Assembly: GCF_009914755.1 (NCBI RefSeq) | Contig: NC_060936.1 | Direction: 5' to 3' (one strand) | Length of the DNA: 64,000 nt | Origin: the human T2T-CHM13v2.0 reference genome, Homo sapiens | Shown here: positions 32,918 to 45,905 of the stretch, piece after piece | Numbering within the stretch: position 1 is the first letter of the stretch | Layout: every line of letters begins with the position of its first letter | Translations under genes and position numbers: made by a program | The notes under the pieces: model-generated | Databases searched by the model: none | What the model was told of the DNA's origin: nothing | Seen by the model: the letters and a program-made list of their open reading frames with translations, nothing else

Positions 32918-33174
32918 TACATTAATCTTAACTATAGTCACCATATTGTACATCAGATCTCTAGAACAGATTTACACTGTCTAACTGCAACATACCCTCT
33001 CCCTACTTTCTCCACCTCCCAGCTCCTGGTAACCACCATTCTACTCTGCATCTATGAGCTCAACTTTTTTAGATTCCACATGTATCAGGCAGCATTTATC
33101 TTTATTTGTTTGGTTTATTTCATTCAACATAATGTCCTCCAGGTTCATCCATGTTGTCACAGATGGCAGGATTA

Positions 33175-33684
<510 letters not shown>

Positions 33685-34021
33685 TTTTTTAATTAAAAAA
33701 AGACACTTAGGTTGTTTCCATATCTTGACTGTTTTTAATAATGCTGCAATAAACATTAAATTGCAGATATCTCTTCACGATGGGGTTTCTTTTCCTTTTG
33801 ATACATACCCAAAAGTGGGACTGCTGAATCATATGGTAGTTCTATTTTAATTTTTTGAGAAATCTTCATACTATTTTCCATAATTGCCGTACCAACTTAC
33901 ATTCCCACCAACAATGTACAAAGGTTCTCTTTTCTCCACACCCTCACCAACACTAATCTTCTGACTTTTTGAAAAAGCCTTCCTTACATCTGTGAGGTGA
34001 TATCTCATTGTGGGGTTGGGG

Positions 34022-37000
34022 TTTTTTTATCTCTTTTTTTATTTCAATCGTTTTGGGGGAACAGGTGGTGTTTGGTTGTATGGAAAATTCTTTCGTGGTG
34101 ATTTCTGAGATATTGGTGCACCCATCACCTGAGCATGGCACACTGTACACAATGTGTAGTCTTTTGTCCCTCACCCTCTCCCACACTTCACCCTGAGTTC
34201 CCAAAGTCCATTGTATCATTCTTATGCCTTTGCATTCTCATAGCTTAGCTCCCATTTATAAGTGAGAACATATGATATTTGGTTTTCTATTCCTGAGTTA
34301 CTTCACTTAGAATAATGGTCTCCAACTCCATCCAGGCTGCTGCAAATGGCACTATTTCATTCTTTTTTATGGCCAAGTAGTATTCCATTGTGTATATATC
34401 CACATTTTCTTTATCCACTCACTAGCTGATGGGCATTTAGGCTGGTTCCATATTTTTGCAGCTGCAAATTGTGCTGCTATAAACATGAATGTGCAAGCGT
34501 CTTTTACCTGTAATAACTTCTTTTCCTCTGGGTAGATAACCAATAATAGAATTGCTGCATCAAATGGTACTTCTACTTTTAGTTCTTTAAGGAATCTCCA
34601 TACTGTTTTCATAGTGGTTTACTGGTTTACATTCCCACCAGCAGTGTAAAAGTGTTCCCTTTTCACCATATCCATGCCAACATCTGTTTTGTTTTGTTTT
34701 GTTTTTAATTATGGGCATTCTTGCAGGAATAATGTGGTAGTACATTGTGGTTTGAATTTGAATTTCCCTGATAATTAATAATGTTAGGCATTTTTTCATA
34801 AGTTTGTTGGCCATTTATATATCTTCTTTTTTTTTTTTTTTTTTTTTGAGACACAGTCTTGCACTTTCGCCCAGTCTGGAGTGCAGTGGAGCAATCTCGG
34901 CTCACTACAAGCTCTGCCTCCCAGGTTGACACCATTCTCCTGCCTCAGCCTCCCGAGTAGCTGGGACTATAGGTGCCTGCCACCACGCCCAGGTAATTTT
35001 TTGTATTTTTAGTAGAAAAATACAATTTTTCTACTAAAAAAATTTCTATACAGTAGTAAAATTTCTATACAATTTTTCTACTAAAATTTCTATACAGTAG
35101 TAATTTTTAACATGGTTTCACCGTGTTAGCCAGGATGGTCTCGATCTCCTGACCTCGTGATCCGCTCACCTCGGCCTCCCAAAGTGCTGGGATTACAGGC
35201 TTGAGCCACCACACCTGGCCTTGTATATCTTCTTTTAAGAATTGTCTATTCTTATGCTTTGCCCACTTTTTGATAGGATTATTTGTTTTTTCTGGCTGGT
35301 TTGCTTGAATTCCTTGTAGATTCTGGATATTAGTTTTTTGTTGGATGCATGGTTTCCTAATATTTCCTCCCACTCTGTGGGTGGTCTGTTTACTCTGTTG
35401 ATTATTTATTTTGCTGTGCAGAAGCTTTATAGTTTAATTAGGTCCCATCTATTTATGTTTGGTTTTGTTGCATTTGCTTTTGGGTTCTTGGTCATGAACT
35501 CTTTGCCTAAGCCAATGTCTACAAGAGTTTTTATGATGTTATCTTCTAGGAGTTTTATGGTTTCAGGTCTCAGATTTAAGTCTTTGATCCATCTTGAGTT
35601 GATTTTTGTATAAGGTGAGAGATGAGGATCCAGCTTCATTCTTCTACATATGGCTTGCCAATTATCCCCACACCATTTGTTGAATAGGGTGTCCCTTCCC
35701 CACTTTATGTTTTTGTTTGCTTTGTTGAAGATCAGTTGGCTGTAAACATTTGGCTTTATTTCTAGGCTTTCTATTCTGTTCCATTGATCTACATGCCTAT
35801 TTTTATAACAGTGCCATGCTGTTTTGGTAACATAGTCTTGTAGTATAGTTTAACATCAGATAATGTGATGCCTCCAGATTTGTTCTTTTTGCTCAGTCTC
35901 ACTTTGGTTATGCGGGCTCTTTTTTGGTTCTTTATGAATTTTAGGATTGTTTTTTTCTAGTTCTGTGAAGAATCATGATGGTGTTTTGATGGAAATGACA
36001 TTGTATCTGTAGATTGCTTTTGGCAGTATGGCCACTTTCATAAAATTGATTCTACCCATCCATGAGCATGGGATATGTTTCCATTTGTTTGTGTCATCTA
36101 TGATTTCTTTCAGTAGTGTTTTGTAGTTTTCCTCGCAGAGGTCTTTCAACTCCTTGGTTAGACATATCCCTATGTTTTTTTGTTTCTTTGTTTTTTGTTT
36201 TGTTTTTGCAGCAGTTGTAAAAGGGGTTGAGTTTTTTATTTGATTCTCAGCTTAGTCATTGTTGGTGTATAGCAGGGCTACTTATTTGTGTACATTGATT
36301 TCATATCCTGAAACTTTACTGAATTCATTTATCAGATTTAAGAGCTTTTTGAATAAGTGTTTAGGGTTTTCTAGGTACACAGTAATATCATTGGTGAACA
36401 GCGACAATCTGACTTCCTCTTTACTAATTTGGATGCCATTTATTTCTTTTTCTTGTCTGATTGCTGGGACATAAAATGTTGAATAGCAGTGGTGAAAGTG
36501 AGCATCCTTGTCTTGTTCCAGTTCTCAGGGGAAATGCTTTCAACTTTTCCCCCTTTAGTATAACGTTGGCTGTGGGTTTGTCATAGATGGCTTTTATTGC
36601 CCTAAGATATGTCTCTTCTATGCCGATTTTGCTGAGGGTTTAATCATAAAGGGACGCTGGATTGTGTAAAATGCTTGTTCTGTGTCTATTGAGATGGTCA
36701 TACGATTTTTGTTTTTAATTCTGTTTATACAAAATATCACATTTGTTGACTTGCATATGTTAAACCATCCCTGCATCCCTGGTATGATACCTCCTTGATC
36801 ATGGTGGATTATCTTTTTGATATGCTGTTGGATTCAATTAGCTAGTATTTTATTGAGGATTTTTGCATCTATGTTCATCGGGGATATTGGTCTGTAGTTT
36901 TCTTTTTTTGTTATGTCCTTTCCTGGTTTTGGTATTAGGGTGATACTGGCTTTCTAGAATGATTTAGGGAGGATTTCCTCTTTCTCTATCTTTTGGAATA

Positions 37001-37573
37001 GTTTCAGTAAGATTGGCACCAATTCTTCTTTGAATGCCTCATAGAATTCAGCTGTGAATCCATCTGATCTTGGACACATTTTTGTTGACAATTTTTTTAT
37101 TGCTGTTTCAATCTTGCTACTTGTTATTGGTCTTTTCAGAATTTCTAGTTCTTCCTGATTTAATCTAGGAGGGTTGTATATTTCCTGGAATTTATTTATC
37201 TTCTCTAGATTTTCTAGTATGTTCACATAAAGATGTTCATAGTAACTTTGAATAATCTTTTGTATTTCTGTGGTATTGGTTGTAATATCTACCATTTCAT
37301 TTCCAATTGAGTTTATTTGGATCTTCTCTCTTCTCCTTTTGGTTAATCTCACTAATGGTCTATCAATTTTGTTTATATTTTCAAATAATTAGCTTTTTGT
37401 TTATCTTTTGTATTGTTTCAATTTCATTTGGTTCTGCTCTGATCTGTTATTTCTTTTCTTCTACGAGGTTTGGGGTTTGTTTCAAGATTTAGAGAAGGTA
37501 GTGACAGGCCTCACCCAGCTCCCATGCAGTTGGCAAGGCCAGTCTCGGTCCCCTCATGCCCCGCTAACAGTGC
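34022..37573 (-). mobile_element. L1PB element 1 (3' UTR, partial ORF2, rearranged 5' end)
   Basis: L1PB 3' end (GGGGAACAGGTGGTGTTTGGTT); ORF2 fragments 35427..35639 and 36954..37352. Confidence 0.9.
34827..35220 (-). mobile_element. AluY with a ~93-bp internal insertion
   Basis: AluY diagnostics; TSD TATATCTTCTTTT. Confidence 0.93.
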
Positions 37574-40500
37574 TATGTTCATCAGGGATATCAGCCTGTA
37601 GTTTTCGTTTTTGGTTATGTCCTTTCCTGGTTTTGGTATTAGGGTGATGCTGGCTTCATATAATGAATTTGGAAGGGTTCCCTCTTTCTCTATTTTGTGG
37701 AATAATGTCAAAAAGATTGGTACCAATTCTTCTCTGAATGTCTGGTAGAATTCTGCTGTGAATCCATCTGGTCCTGGACTTTTTTCTGTTGGCAATCTTC
37801 TAATTACCATCTCGATCTTGCTGCTTGTTATTGGTCTGTTCAGGGTATCTAATTCTTCCTGATTTAAGCTGGGAGGGTTGTATTTTTCCAGGAATTTATC
37901 CATTTCTTCTAGGTTTTCTAGTTTATGTGTATAAAGTGTTCATAGTAGCCCTGAACGATCTTTTGCATTTCAGTGGTGTCAGTTGTAATATCTCCCATTT
38001 TGTTTCTTAATGAGGTTATTTGATTTTCTCTCTTCTTTCCTTGGTGAATCTTGGTAATGGTCTATTGATTTTATTTATCTTTTCGAAGAACCAACTTTTG
38101 TTTCATTTATCTTTTGTATTTTGTATTCACTTGTAAAGATTTTAATTAGAAAAAAAGGTGTTTTAAAAAACATTTAGCAGAATTATACTTTGTGGGCCAC
38201 ACAGGTTATTGGTTCAGATTAATGTAATCAGGCCTTATAAGGTTTGTTTTCTGTGTTCCATTCTAAAGAGCATAAATATTAAATGCTTACAAAATACACA
38301 TCATTCAAAATGGTTTAATTACAAAACACAATTTGAGCACAAAACAATGCATTATGGTCTCATGGATACAGTTACAAAACACTGTAATGAAAAATTAACA
38401 GCCTCAAGTAGATAATACTATACAACCCTTGCTCAACAAATGACATTTTAAACAAAGGGAGAAAAAGCCCAAGCAATGTCAATTAGTGTTGTTCTTTTGG
38501 TTATATTGAATGTGATTAAAGAAGTTTTCAAATTCTTAATAGTGGTATTAAAATAAGGCTCATTTTATGGCCTAGCATATGGTCTATCTTGGAGAAAGTT
38601 CCATGCGCTGTTGAATAGAATGTGTATTCTGTAGTTGTTGGATGAAATGTTCTGTATATATCTGTTAAGACCATTTGTTCCAAGGTGTAGTTTAAATCCA
38701 TTGTATGTTGACTTTCTGTCTTGATGACCTGTCTAGTGCTGTCAGTGGAGTATTGAAGTCTCCCACTATTATTGTGTTGCTGTCTATCTCATTTCTTAGG
38801 TCTATTAGTAAGTGTTTTATAAATTTGGGAGCTCCGGTGTTAGGTGCATATACGTTTAGGATTGTGATATTTTCCTGTTGGACAAGGACTTTTACCATTA
38901 TATAATATCTCTCTTTGTCTCTTTTAGCTGCTGTTGCTTTAAAGATTGTTTTGTCTGATATAAGAATAGCTACCCCTGCTGCTTTTGGTGTCCGTTTGCA
39001 TGAAATGCCTTTTTCCACCCCTTGACTTTAAGTTTATGTGAGTCCTTATGTGTTAGATGAGTCTCCTAAAGGCAGCAGATAGTTGGTTGGTGAGTTCTTA
39101 TCCATTCTGCAGTTCTGTATCTTTTAAGTGGAGCATTTAGGTCATTTACATTCAATATTAGTATTGAGATGTGAGGTACCTTTGCATTCACCATGCTATT
39201 TGTTGCCTGTGTACCTTGTTTTTTGTTTTTGTTTTTGTTTTTAACTTGTATTTTTGTTTTATAGGTCCTATGTGATTTATGCTTTAAAGAGGTTGTGTTT
39301 TGATTTGTTTCCAGTATTTGTTTCAAGATTTAGAGCTCCTTTTCACAGTTCTTGTAGTGGTGGCTTGGTGGTGGCAAATTCTCTCAGCATTCGTTTGTCT
39401 GAAAAACACCGTAGCTTTCCTTCATATATAATGCTTAGTTTCACTGGATACAAAATTCTTGGCTGATAATTGTTTTGTTTGAGGAGGCTGAAGATAGGGC
39501 CCCAATTTCATCTAGCTTGTAGGGTTTCTGCTGAGAAATCTGCTGTTAATCTAATAGGTTTTCCTTCATAGATTACCTGGAGCTTTTGTCTCACAGCTCC
39601 TAAGATTCTTTCCTTTATCTTAACTTTAGATAACCTGATGACAATGTGCCTAGGTGACTATCTTTTTGTGATGAATTTCCCAGGTGTTCTTTGTGCTTCT
39701 TGTATTTGGATGTCCAGGTCTCTAGTAAGGCCAGGGGAGTTTTCCTCGATTATTCCCCCAAATATGTTTTCCAAACTTTTACATTTCTTTTCTTGCTCAG
39801 AAACACTGATTATCTTAGGTTTGGTTGTTTAACATAATCCCAGACTTCTTGGAGTCTTTGTTCACATTTTCTTATGCTTTTATCTTTGTTTGTGTTGAAT
39901 TGGGTTAATTCAAAGACCTTGTCTTCAAGCTCTGAATTTCTTTCTTCTACTTGTTCAATTCTGTTGCTGAGACTTTCCAGAGCATTTTGCATTTCTATAA
40001 GTGTGTACAATGTTTCTTGAAGTTTTGATTGTTTTTTATTTATGTGATCTATTTCCTTGAATATTTCTGCCTTCACTTCTTGTATCATCTTTTGGATTTC
40101 CTTGCATTGGGCTTCATCTTTCTCTGGTGCCTCCCTGATTAGCTTAATAACTAACTTCCTGAATTCTTTTTCAGGTAAATCAGGGATTTCTTCTTGTTTT
40201 GGATCCATTGCTGGTGAATTAGTGTGATTTTTGGGGGGTGTTAAAGAGCCTCGTTTGATCATATTACCAGAGTTGGTTTTCTGGCTCCTTCTCATTTGGG
40301 TAGGCTCTGTCAGAGGGAAGGTCTAGGGCTGAAGGCTGTTTTTCAGATTCTTTTGTCCCACGGGGTATTACCTTGATGTAGTACTCTCCCTCTTTTCCTA
40401 TTGATGTGACTTCCTGTGAGCAGAGCTGCAGTAATTGTTAATGTCTCTTCTGGGTCTAGCCACCCAGCAAGTCTGCCCAGCTCCAGGATGGTACTGAGGC

Positions 40501-41893
40501 CTGTCTGCCCAGAGCCCTGTGATGTGAACCATCTATAGGTCTCTCAGCTATGATACTACCACCTGTGCTGGTAGAGGTGGCAGGGGGGTGAAATGGACTC
40601 AGTGAGGGTTCTTAGCTTTGGTGATTTAATGCTCTACTTTTGTGCTTGTTGGACTCCTGCTGAGAGGTGGCGCTTTCCAGAGAGCATCAGCTGTGGTAGT
40701 ATGGAGAGGAACCAGCAGTGGGCAGGGCCCTAGAACTTCCAAGAGTATATGCCGTTTGTCTTCAGCTACCAGGGTGGATAGGGAAGGCCCATCAGGTGAG
40801 GGCAGGGCTGGGCGTGTCTGAGCTCAGACTTTCCTTGGGTGGGTCTTGCTGTGGCTGCTGTGGGGGATGGGAGGTGAGGTTCCCAGGTGAATGGAGTTGT
40901 GTACATAGGAGGATTATGGCTGCCTCTGCTGAGTCATGCAGGTTGTCATGGAAGTGGAGAAAAGCCAGCAGTCACAGGCCTCACACAGCTCCCACGCAAA
41001 CCAAAGGGCTGGTCTCACTCCCACATGACCCTCCTAATAGCCCCGAGTCTGTTTCCAGGCAGTGGGCGAGCAGGGCTTGAGAACTTGCCCCAGGCTACCC
41101 ACTTCCCAGCTGCAAAAGCTAAGGGCTTGGTTCTTCCCCCACCTGTGGAGTCTGCACACCAGATTCATGCCCTCCCAAGTTCTGGCCAGGAGGTTGCCAG
41201 GTTCAAATTGTTACAAAGTTCAGCTGGAGACTTGCTTCTCCCTGTGGCATTTTCCCCTGCACCTCTGGCTGCCCTCCTGAAGGATCCCTGTGTTGCCAGG
41301 CTGGAATGGCCTGCTTGGGGATCCAGAGAGCTCTCAAGACCTTTCCCACTGCTTCCTCTACCCCTGTATTTCACTCTGCTCTCTAATTTTTTTTTTTTTT
41401 TTTTTTTTGAGATGGAGTCTCGCTCTGTCACCGATGCTGGAGGGCAATGGTGAGATCTCGGCTCACTGCAACCCCCACCTCCTGGGTTCAAGTGATTCTC
41501 CTGCCTCAGCCTCCTGAGTAGATGGGATTATAGGTGCGTACCACCACACCTGGCTAATTTTTGTATTTTTGGTAGAGACAGGGTTTCACCATGTTGGTCA
41601 TGCTGGTCTCAAACTCCTGACCTTGTGATCCGCCCACCTCAGCCTTCCAAAGTGCTGGGATTACAGGTGTGAGCCATCACGCCCCGCCTGCTCTCTAAAT
41701 TGACTCAGCTCCAGGTAAGGTCAAAAACTCCTCCAACAAACAGACCTTGAGTTTCCCTAGTGCGCGTGTGTGGAGGATCTCTTTTTTCTACTTCAGCAGT
41801 TGGGGCACTTACAGTATTTTGGGTGTCTCCCGGGTCCTGCAGGAGCAGTTGGCTTCTTTCAGAGGATATGTGGGTCCTCTCGGGATTCCTGGT
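37574..41893 (-). mobile_element. L1PB element 2 (5' UTR, ORF1, 5' part of ORF2; 3' part missing)
   Basis: ORF1p fragment 39810..40295; ORF2 endonuclease fragments 39066..39326 and 38692..39018; ORF2 37511..37903; GC-rich 5' UTR at 40300-41890. Confidence 0.92.
41387..41688 (-). mobile_element. AluS in the L1PB 5' UTR
   Basis: Poly(T) plus dimer; TSD TGCTCTCTAA. Confidence 0.95.
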
Positions 41894-42115
41894 TTCAAGA
41901 ACATGATTTCATTCTCATTGACTAATAGACTGCCTGCCTGCAATAAAATTCAGTTTTAATAATTTTTTTAATATGACAAGTTCAAAGAAGATTGTATTTT
42001 CTGGTACATTTAGAATTTTCCTGTTTTCTAGAACATAAATAATATAATTTATGATTATAATAATATAATGAATTCATTTAAAACTCAGCAGCCTAGCTTT
42101 TATTCTTATATGTAA

Positions 42116-42493
42116 AATTAGGATATAATTTATGATGTTTTAAATATTATTTTCTTTGAGAAAGAAAATCAGTACCATCCAAATTGATGAAATTGGTGAC
42201 TATCCTAAGAACACATCCCTTCCAATTAACTGAAAAGTTGATGGACCATTAGTGCTGAAGTCTCTGAGCAACTTGCAAAGTAAGGAAAAGGAATTTTACC
42301 ATTCGTACCATTTTTCAGCCACATTTCTCTCCCTCAATGACCTGTAGAGTTTCCCCCAAGTTCTCCAGGGCCATGTGATGACTTGGGCTCAGTTGGATGG
42401 CCTATCAGTGATGGGCCACTACCTTCTCTGGATTTCCTCTAACCGTTTATAGGCTGGTAAGAACAAAACACTCCTTATTTATAAAAACACTTA
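42116..42493 (-). repeat. Inverted duplicate of pseudo-exon A plus flanks (left arm; partner 43760-44135)
   Basis: Reverse complement aligns to 43760-44135. About 19 differences over 42116-42440 and about 10 over 42441-42493 (hand count). Carries the same TGA-TAG. Confidence 0.97.
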
Positions 42494-43815
42494 TGCAAGA
42501 TAATCTTCCCTACTGATTTGTAAGCAACATAATGCAAGTTAAAAGTTACACACATTAAGTAATTAAAAACTATAATAGACCTTAAGAGAGTGATTAGTCT
42601 AATCCTCTTCCTTCTACCTCAACAACAAAGACAATTAAACTTTCAAATCAACCCACTATCCACTCCGTTTATCTTGCCGGCAATATACTTTGTCTTCGCC
42701 GTTGTTTTTCATACTTATGAAGTTCCTCCAATTCCTCCCCTGACACCTGCTATCTATAGTTCTGTCTCTCTAGTATCTCATCTCCAGCCAATCAAACTTG
42801 TATTCTAAAGCAGACTGCCTAAAAGAATTACTGTGCAAAGAATAATCATTCCATTAGGAAAAATGTATACCTGATCCAGTTATCCAAGTTCAGAAATCTT
42901 ACTTGGAAACTACTTGACGAAAGTTATCTAGAGAAAAGGGACCTGATTATACCTCTTGCTCTGAGGCACTCTTGCCCTGGGATCTTTGCCAAGGTATTTA
43001 ATCTCTTTGTGCTTTAGCTTCTGAGTCTGTAAAGTCATTTTGTGTATTTATCTCTTATAAATCAAAGGAGTTTTAGGTAGCTCATTAAAATACTTGCCAG
43101 GATCACATGAGATCATGTAAGCAAGCATCTTAATCCATGTACTGCACTAAACAAATACAAGGTAATGTTGTTATTAGTATATGGTTAAAGTCCTGTTCAA
43201 GTAAATATCATTAAAATAAAACTGTATCTTTAAAAAAAGTTCAAGCTCTAACTGATGTATATTTATTCAAAGCAATATCTTCAAAGTGTAGTAATTAAGA
43301 AAAACCTTGAGAAATTGCTACAGGATAATTTTCTTTTTGCAATAGTCAATTATGTTATTTCTCTTATAAGATACAGAGATATTTGAAGAAATAAGTGTTC
43401 CTGATCACCTCAAAATGTCACATTAGCTAGTATATTGGGCCTCAGAAATTTTTTTACTAAGACACCTCAAAAAGCAAAAGAAAGAGGTTTTAATATTATT
43501 ATTATTACATACTAATACATATGTATAATAATAATGTATAACTAGGTACAGTTTTATTATACATAAAAATTAACATCATTATTATCATTGCTTACCATTA
43601 TCCTCTTTGTGAATAGAAGTAAATAATGAAATGGTCCTAAGTTAGGCAATGGCAAAGAGAAAAATTTTTAAAGCATGCTGATTTATAAACTGAATAATTG
43701 GTCGTATGAGTCTGTAATAATGAAGAAGCACCATATGTCAGAAGAGTGATTGAAGAACTTAAGTGTTGTATAAATATGCAGTGTTTTGTACTTAACAGCC
43801 TACAAATGATAAGAG

Positions 43816-43951
43816 GGGATCCAGAGAAGGTAGTGGCCCATCACTGATAGGCCATCCAACTGAGCCCAAGTCATCACATGGCTCTGGAGAACTTGGGGAA
43901 ACTCTACAGGTCATTGGGAGAGAGAAATGTGGCTGAAAAGTGGTACAAATG
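43816..43951 (+). pseudogene. TMTC1: TMTC1-like pseudo-exon A
   Basis: Translates GDPEKVVAHH**AIQLSPSHHMALENLGKLYRSLGERNVAEKWYK vs recalled TMTC1 GLPEKAVAHYQQAIKLSPSHHVAVVNLGRLYRSLGENSMAEEWYK. TGA-TAG at 43845-43850, AG at 43814-15 (alternative acceptor at 43797-98), GT donor at 43952 (phase 2). Confidence 0.92.
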
Positions 43952-44137
43952 GTAAAATTCCTTTTCCTTACTTTGCAAGTTGCTCAGAGACTTCAGCACT
44001 AATGGTCCATCAACTTTTCAATTAATTAGAAAGGACGTATTCTTAGGATAGTCACCAATTTCATCAATTTGGACAGTACTGATTTTCTTTGTCAAAGAAA
44101 ATAATATTTAAGACATCATAAGTGATATCCTAATTAA

Positions 44138-44205
44138 GAACTGGTTAGAACATGAGGTTAATGAGCCAAGTGTGGAATTAATCCCCATGGAAACTAGTAA
44201 CTTTA
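44138..44205 (+). mobile_element. Possible ancient tRNA-derived SINE remnant (MamSINE1-like)
   Basis: CTGGTTAGAACATGAGGTTAATGAGCCAAG...AATCCCCATGG resembles a decayed tRNA-like head. Confidence 0.35.
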
Positions 44206-44492
44206 GAAATGGGAGTGGATAAAGGACTGTGCAGAGGACAGAGCAAGTCTATTTCCTTGGAAAGAAGGATTCTTGGGCTCTAGCCTCACGTTGGTGTCTT
44301 ACTAGAAGGAGGCATTGGTTTATACACAGGGAGGCATCTGACCTTTTTTTTCTAAAAAAAAACAAAACCTTTTTCTTGATATAATCTCAAAGACCATGTT
44401 GGCACAAGATCCAAGCCTCCCTACTTCTAAATTTAGACATTTTGGAAGTGTACCTTTTTAAAAAATAAAGTATGATGATGCTCTGTTCTTAA

Positions 44493-44635
44493 AACTCAGC
44501 AAGTGGCCCACAAAGGGCCACATTATCACCCTTCGGAGTGCTATATTACGACATCAATGGTGCAAAGAAGCTATGCATATTTACTGGGAAGCTGGAACTC
44601 TTCAGCCTTCCCACAGGGAATTCTGCCTGGCACTA
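44493..44635 (+). pseudogene. TMTC1: TMTC1-like pseudo-exon B
   Basis: With two 1-nt frameshifts reads TQQVAHKG/TLSPFGVLYYDIN/CKEAMHIYWEAGTLQPSHREFCLAL vs ALQVAHKAEILSPLGALYYNTGRYEEALQIYQEAAALQPSQRELRLAL. Acceptor decayed to AA; intact GTAAGT donor at 44636. Confidence 0.88.
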
Positions 44636-44769
44636 GTAAGTAGAATACCAAAAAAAAAAAAAAAAGGTAAAAGGAACCAAGGAAAATGAGCACAGCATGT
44701 AACATAGGAAGGCTTTGATATTCCTCAAAATGGAACCAGAATGTCAATAGTACATCGATGTTATAAGTA

Positions 44770-45192
44770 CAGTTAACGCTTGAACAACATGGGTTTGAAC
44801 TGTCTGGGCTCGCTTATGTGTAGATTTTCTCCTGCCTCCTGCCACTGAGACAGCAAGATGAACCCCTCCTCTTCCTCCTCCTGCTTAGCCTTTTCAGTGT
44901 GAAGATGAGGATACAGACCTTTATGATAATCCACTTCCACTTAATAAATAGTAAACATATTTCTCTTCTTTATGATTTTCTTAATAATATTTATTTAGTT
45001 TACTTTGTTGGAAGAATAGGCTGCATAACACATATACAAAATATGTGTTGATCAACTGTTTATGTTATCGGTAAGGCTTCCGATCAACAGTAGGCTATTA
45101 GTAAAATTTTGGAGGAGTCCAAGGTTATACACAAATTTTCAACTGTATGGGGGTGGGCACCCCTAACCTCTGTGTTGTTCAAGGGTCAACTG
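44770..45192. mobile_element. Tigger2a (MER28)-like DNA transposon in a pseudogene intron
   Basis: TIRs CAGTTAACGCTTGAACAAC / GTTGTTCAAGGGTCAACTG, TA target duplication. Confidence 0.9.
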
Positions 45193-45476
45193 TATCAATA
45201 TGACCCCCAGGTCAGATCCATTTACCAAAGTCATAGTTACCAAAAAAAATTTAAAAAGCTTTATCTCACAAAAAGTCTCTTAAAATAAGTTCTTACTTCT
45301 CATTGGAAATGTAATTCATGAAATTTTTCTGAAAAACACATCATTGAGTTAAAAACAAGAAATCTTTCAACAATATGGCTCTGGGTCATGATTTGATATA
45401 CTTAGTCAATTTTTTGTTTAAAAGAACAAATCATTTCTGTGGTTTCTTTTAGCCATCTCTGCTAGTCACATACGCA

Positions 45477-45477
45477 T

Positions 45478-45518
<41 letters not shown>
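45477..45518. repeat. (CA)n microsatellite
   Basis: Directly visible. Confidence 0.95.
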
Positions 45519-45519
<1 letters not shown>

Positions 45520-45771
45520 AACTATAAACTATGATACATGCAGCCCTAGCTATGTGTCACTAAATAAATGCTGAAACTTTTTGCCAGGAGAACAAATACA
45601 ATGTATTGTATTATATATACATATATATGTACACACATATATATATTATATTTATATACTATAATATAATATAGTGCTCTGAGGCATTTTCCCAATGCTT
45701 CTATTCAGGGATGCTTTATTTGATAAGGTAATAACAAAGTCTTCTAAGCCAAAGTCCATGTGATTTTACAG

Positions 45772-45905
45772 GTTCCGGTTTTGGCTATGATGAATCAGAC
45801 AAAGAAGCTTAAAAGACAGCCAATCACATTGTTTAGGAGATGAGATGCTTCGAATGCTATTGCCTCTTGTCAGCAATCTACAGCAAGCAAGAACACCATA
45901 GCAAG
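45772..45905 (+). pseudogene. TMTC1: TMTC1-like pseudo-exon C
   Basis: TTTTACAG acceptor. Reads VPVLAMMNQT/EA*KTANHIV*EMRCFECYCLLSAIYSKQEHHSK vs AQVLAVMGQTKEAEKMTNHIVSEETGCLECYRLLSAIYSKQENHDK. TAA at 45810, TAG at 45834, donor lost. Confidence 0.92.

Noticed and set aside
36870-38125. Apparent tandem duplication of ORF2 sequence
   Set aside because: The copies differ substantially and are explained by two separate L1PB elements.
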